Source: Thraustochytrium aureum
Taxonomy: Eukaryota
Length of the DNA stretch: 20,000 nt
Direction of reading: 5' to 3'
Assembly: GCA_012862495.1 (NCBI GenBank)
Contig: BLSG01000073.1
Coordinates: forward strand, 201,022-221,021
Positions 19,270-20,000 of the stretch are shown in pieces (within the stretch, counting starts at the first letter, position 1; the number at the start of each line of letters is the position of its first letter). Both the position numbers and the translations under genes were made by a program. The notes beneath the pieces are model-generated. The model worked only from the letters and a program-made list of their open reading frames with translations. It did not search any database and had not been told where the DNA came from.

Positions 19270-19938
19270 CTAGAGCAGCCGCAGCGCGTTCCCGCTCGGC
19301 AGGAGACCAAGGTCAAGCTGGCTGTCGAGGTCGAGGTTGTTCAAGATGTCCTCCGTTTTGAACGGCGCCTCCGCAACCAAGGCCTCCTCTTCGCTCTCGC
19401 TAAGGCTGAGCAGAAAGAGACCCGCAGAGACGATGAGACAGGAGAAGATCTTGATACGAAGGTTGTCGATGGAGGACTCGCGGCCGAGCCCGAAGCACTT
19501 GAGCGCGATGAACGCAAACAGCAAGTTGCATGCCTGCGATAGCGACGCCTCCGCGGCGTGCACAATGCTCGCCTGGTAGTACCACGAGTACGCGAATTGG
19601 CTCGCGTAGTAGCCGAGCAGCGTGAGGGCCTGGCCGATCCCCGAAAGGATGATGATCCTGCGCGGTATGAGGCGGAGGTCGATGAACCGCTGGCGAAACG
19701 CTGGGAGCATCGCGAAAGTGATGCAAAACGAAACCACAAAGCCGCACCAGGCGATAAAGAAGAATTCAAACTCGAGGTCCGCGGGCGAGATCTCGCGAAA
19801 CTTTTCCTTCTTCCCAGACGTCTGGAGGCAGTACGACATGACAAGGTCGTAGATTCCGACAGCCACTTCGGAGATGACCGTGTTGCGCACGAAGCGCTGC
19901 TGCCAGAACTTTGCGGTGAGCATCCTCTTAAAGTTGCC
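19270..19938 (-). CDS. Multi-pass membrane protein, probable EamA/DMT superfamily; terminal exon (5'-partial)
   Basis: Hydrophobic helices with a DMT-like end (QALTLLGYYASQFAYS...ASIVHAAEASLSQACNLLFAF...KIFSCLIVSAGLFLLS). The exon starts GNFKRML after an acceptor. Confidence 0.6.
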   Translation of the reverse strand, partial: GNFKRMLTAKFWQQRFVRNTVISEVAVGIYDLVMSYCLQTSGKKEKFREISPADLEFEFFFIAWCGFVVSFCITFAMLPAFRQRFIDLRLIPRRIIILSGIGQALTLLGYYASQFAYSWYYQASIVHAAEASLSQACNLLFAFIALKCFGLGRESSIDNLRIKIFSCLIVSAGLFLLSLSESEEEALVAEAPFKTEDILNNLDLDSQLDLGLLPSGNALRLL

Positions 19939-20000
19939 CTACATTCGGCAAAGGCGCGGCGAGGCGTATTTTCAGTTAGCGCGACAGTAGCTCGGCGCGA
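19939..20000 (-). other. 3' part of a spliceosomal intron
   Basis: Minus-strand GCTAAC branch (19975-19980) and AATGTAG| acceptor ending at 19939, in phase with the downstream ORF. Confidence 0.75.

Noticed and set aside
1..20000. Functional gene cluster, operon or mobile element
   Set aside because: The neighbouring genes have unrelated functions and mixed orientation. I recognised no transposase, reverse transcriptase, integrase, tRNA or rRNA.

Overview
This is a high-GC, gene-dense eukaryotic genomic window, not a prokaryotic one. It has GT-AG introns with GCTRAC-type branch points and encodes importin-7/8, BLOC1S1, a class C GPCR and a bZIP factor. A protist, possibly a stramenopile, is my inference only. 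The assembly is draft quality, with six N gaps and about eight single-base frame breaks, mostly at homopolymers. About 11 genes are present, in order: the 3' end of a class C (GABA-B-like) GPCR, a bZIP + START-like protein, a low-complexity unknown protein, an EI24/CysZ-like membrane protein, an ankyrin-repeat protein with a signal peptide, a TAG 3-methyladenine glycosylase, an MRM1/SpoU rRNA methyltransferase, BLOC1S1, an RNI-like LRR protein, importin-7/8 and an EamA/DMT-like membrane protein. The most interesting observations are the bZIP-START fusion with Ile at the invariant Asn, the apparently secreted ankyrin protein, a recurring intergenic GTAGGTAGAG element, and a short Cys-rich frame with three in-frame TGA codons. 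I cannot support a multi-gene novel system here.
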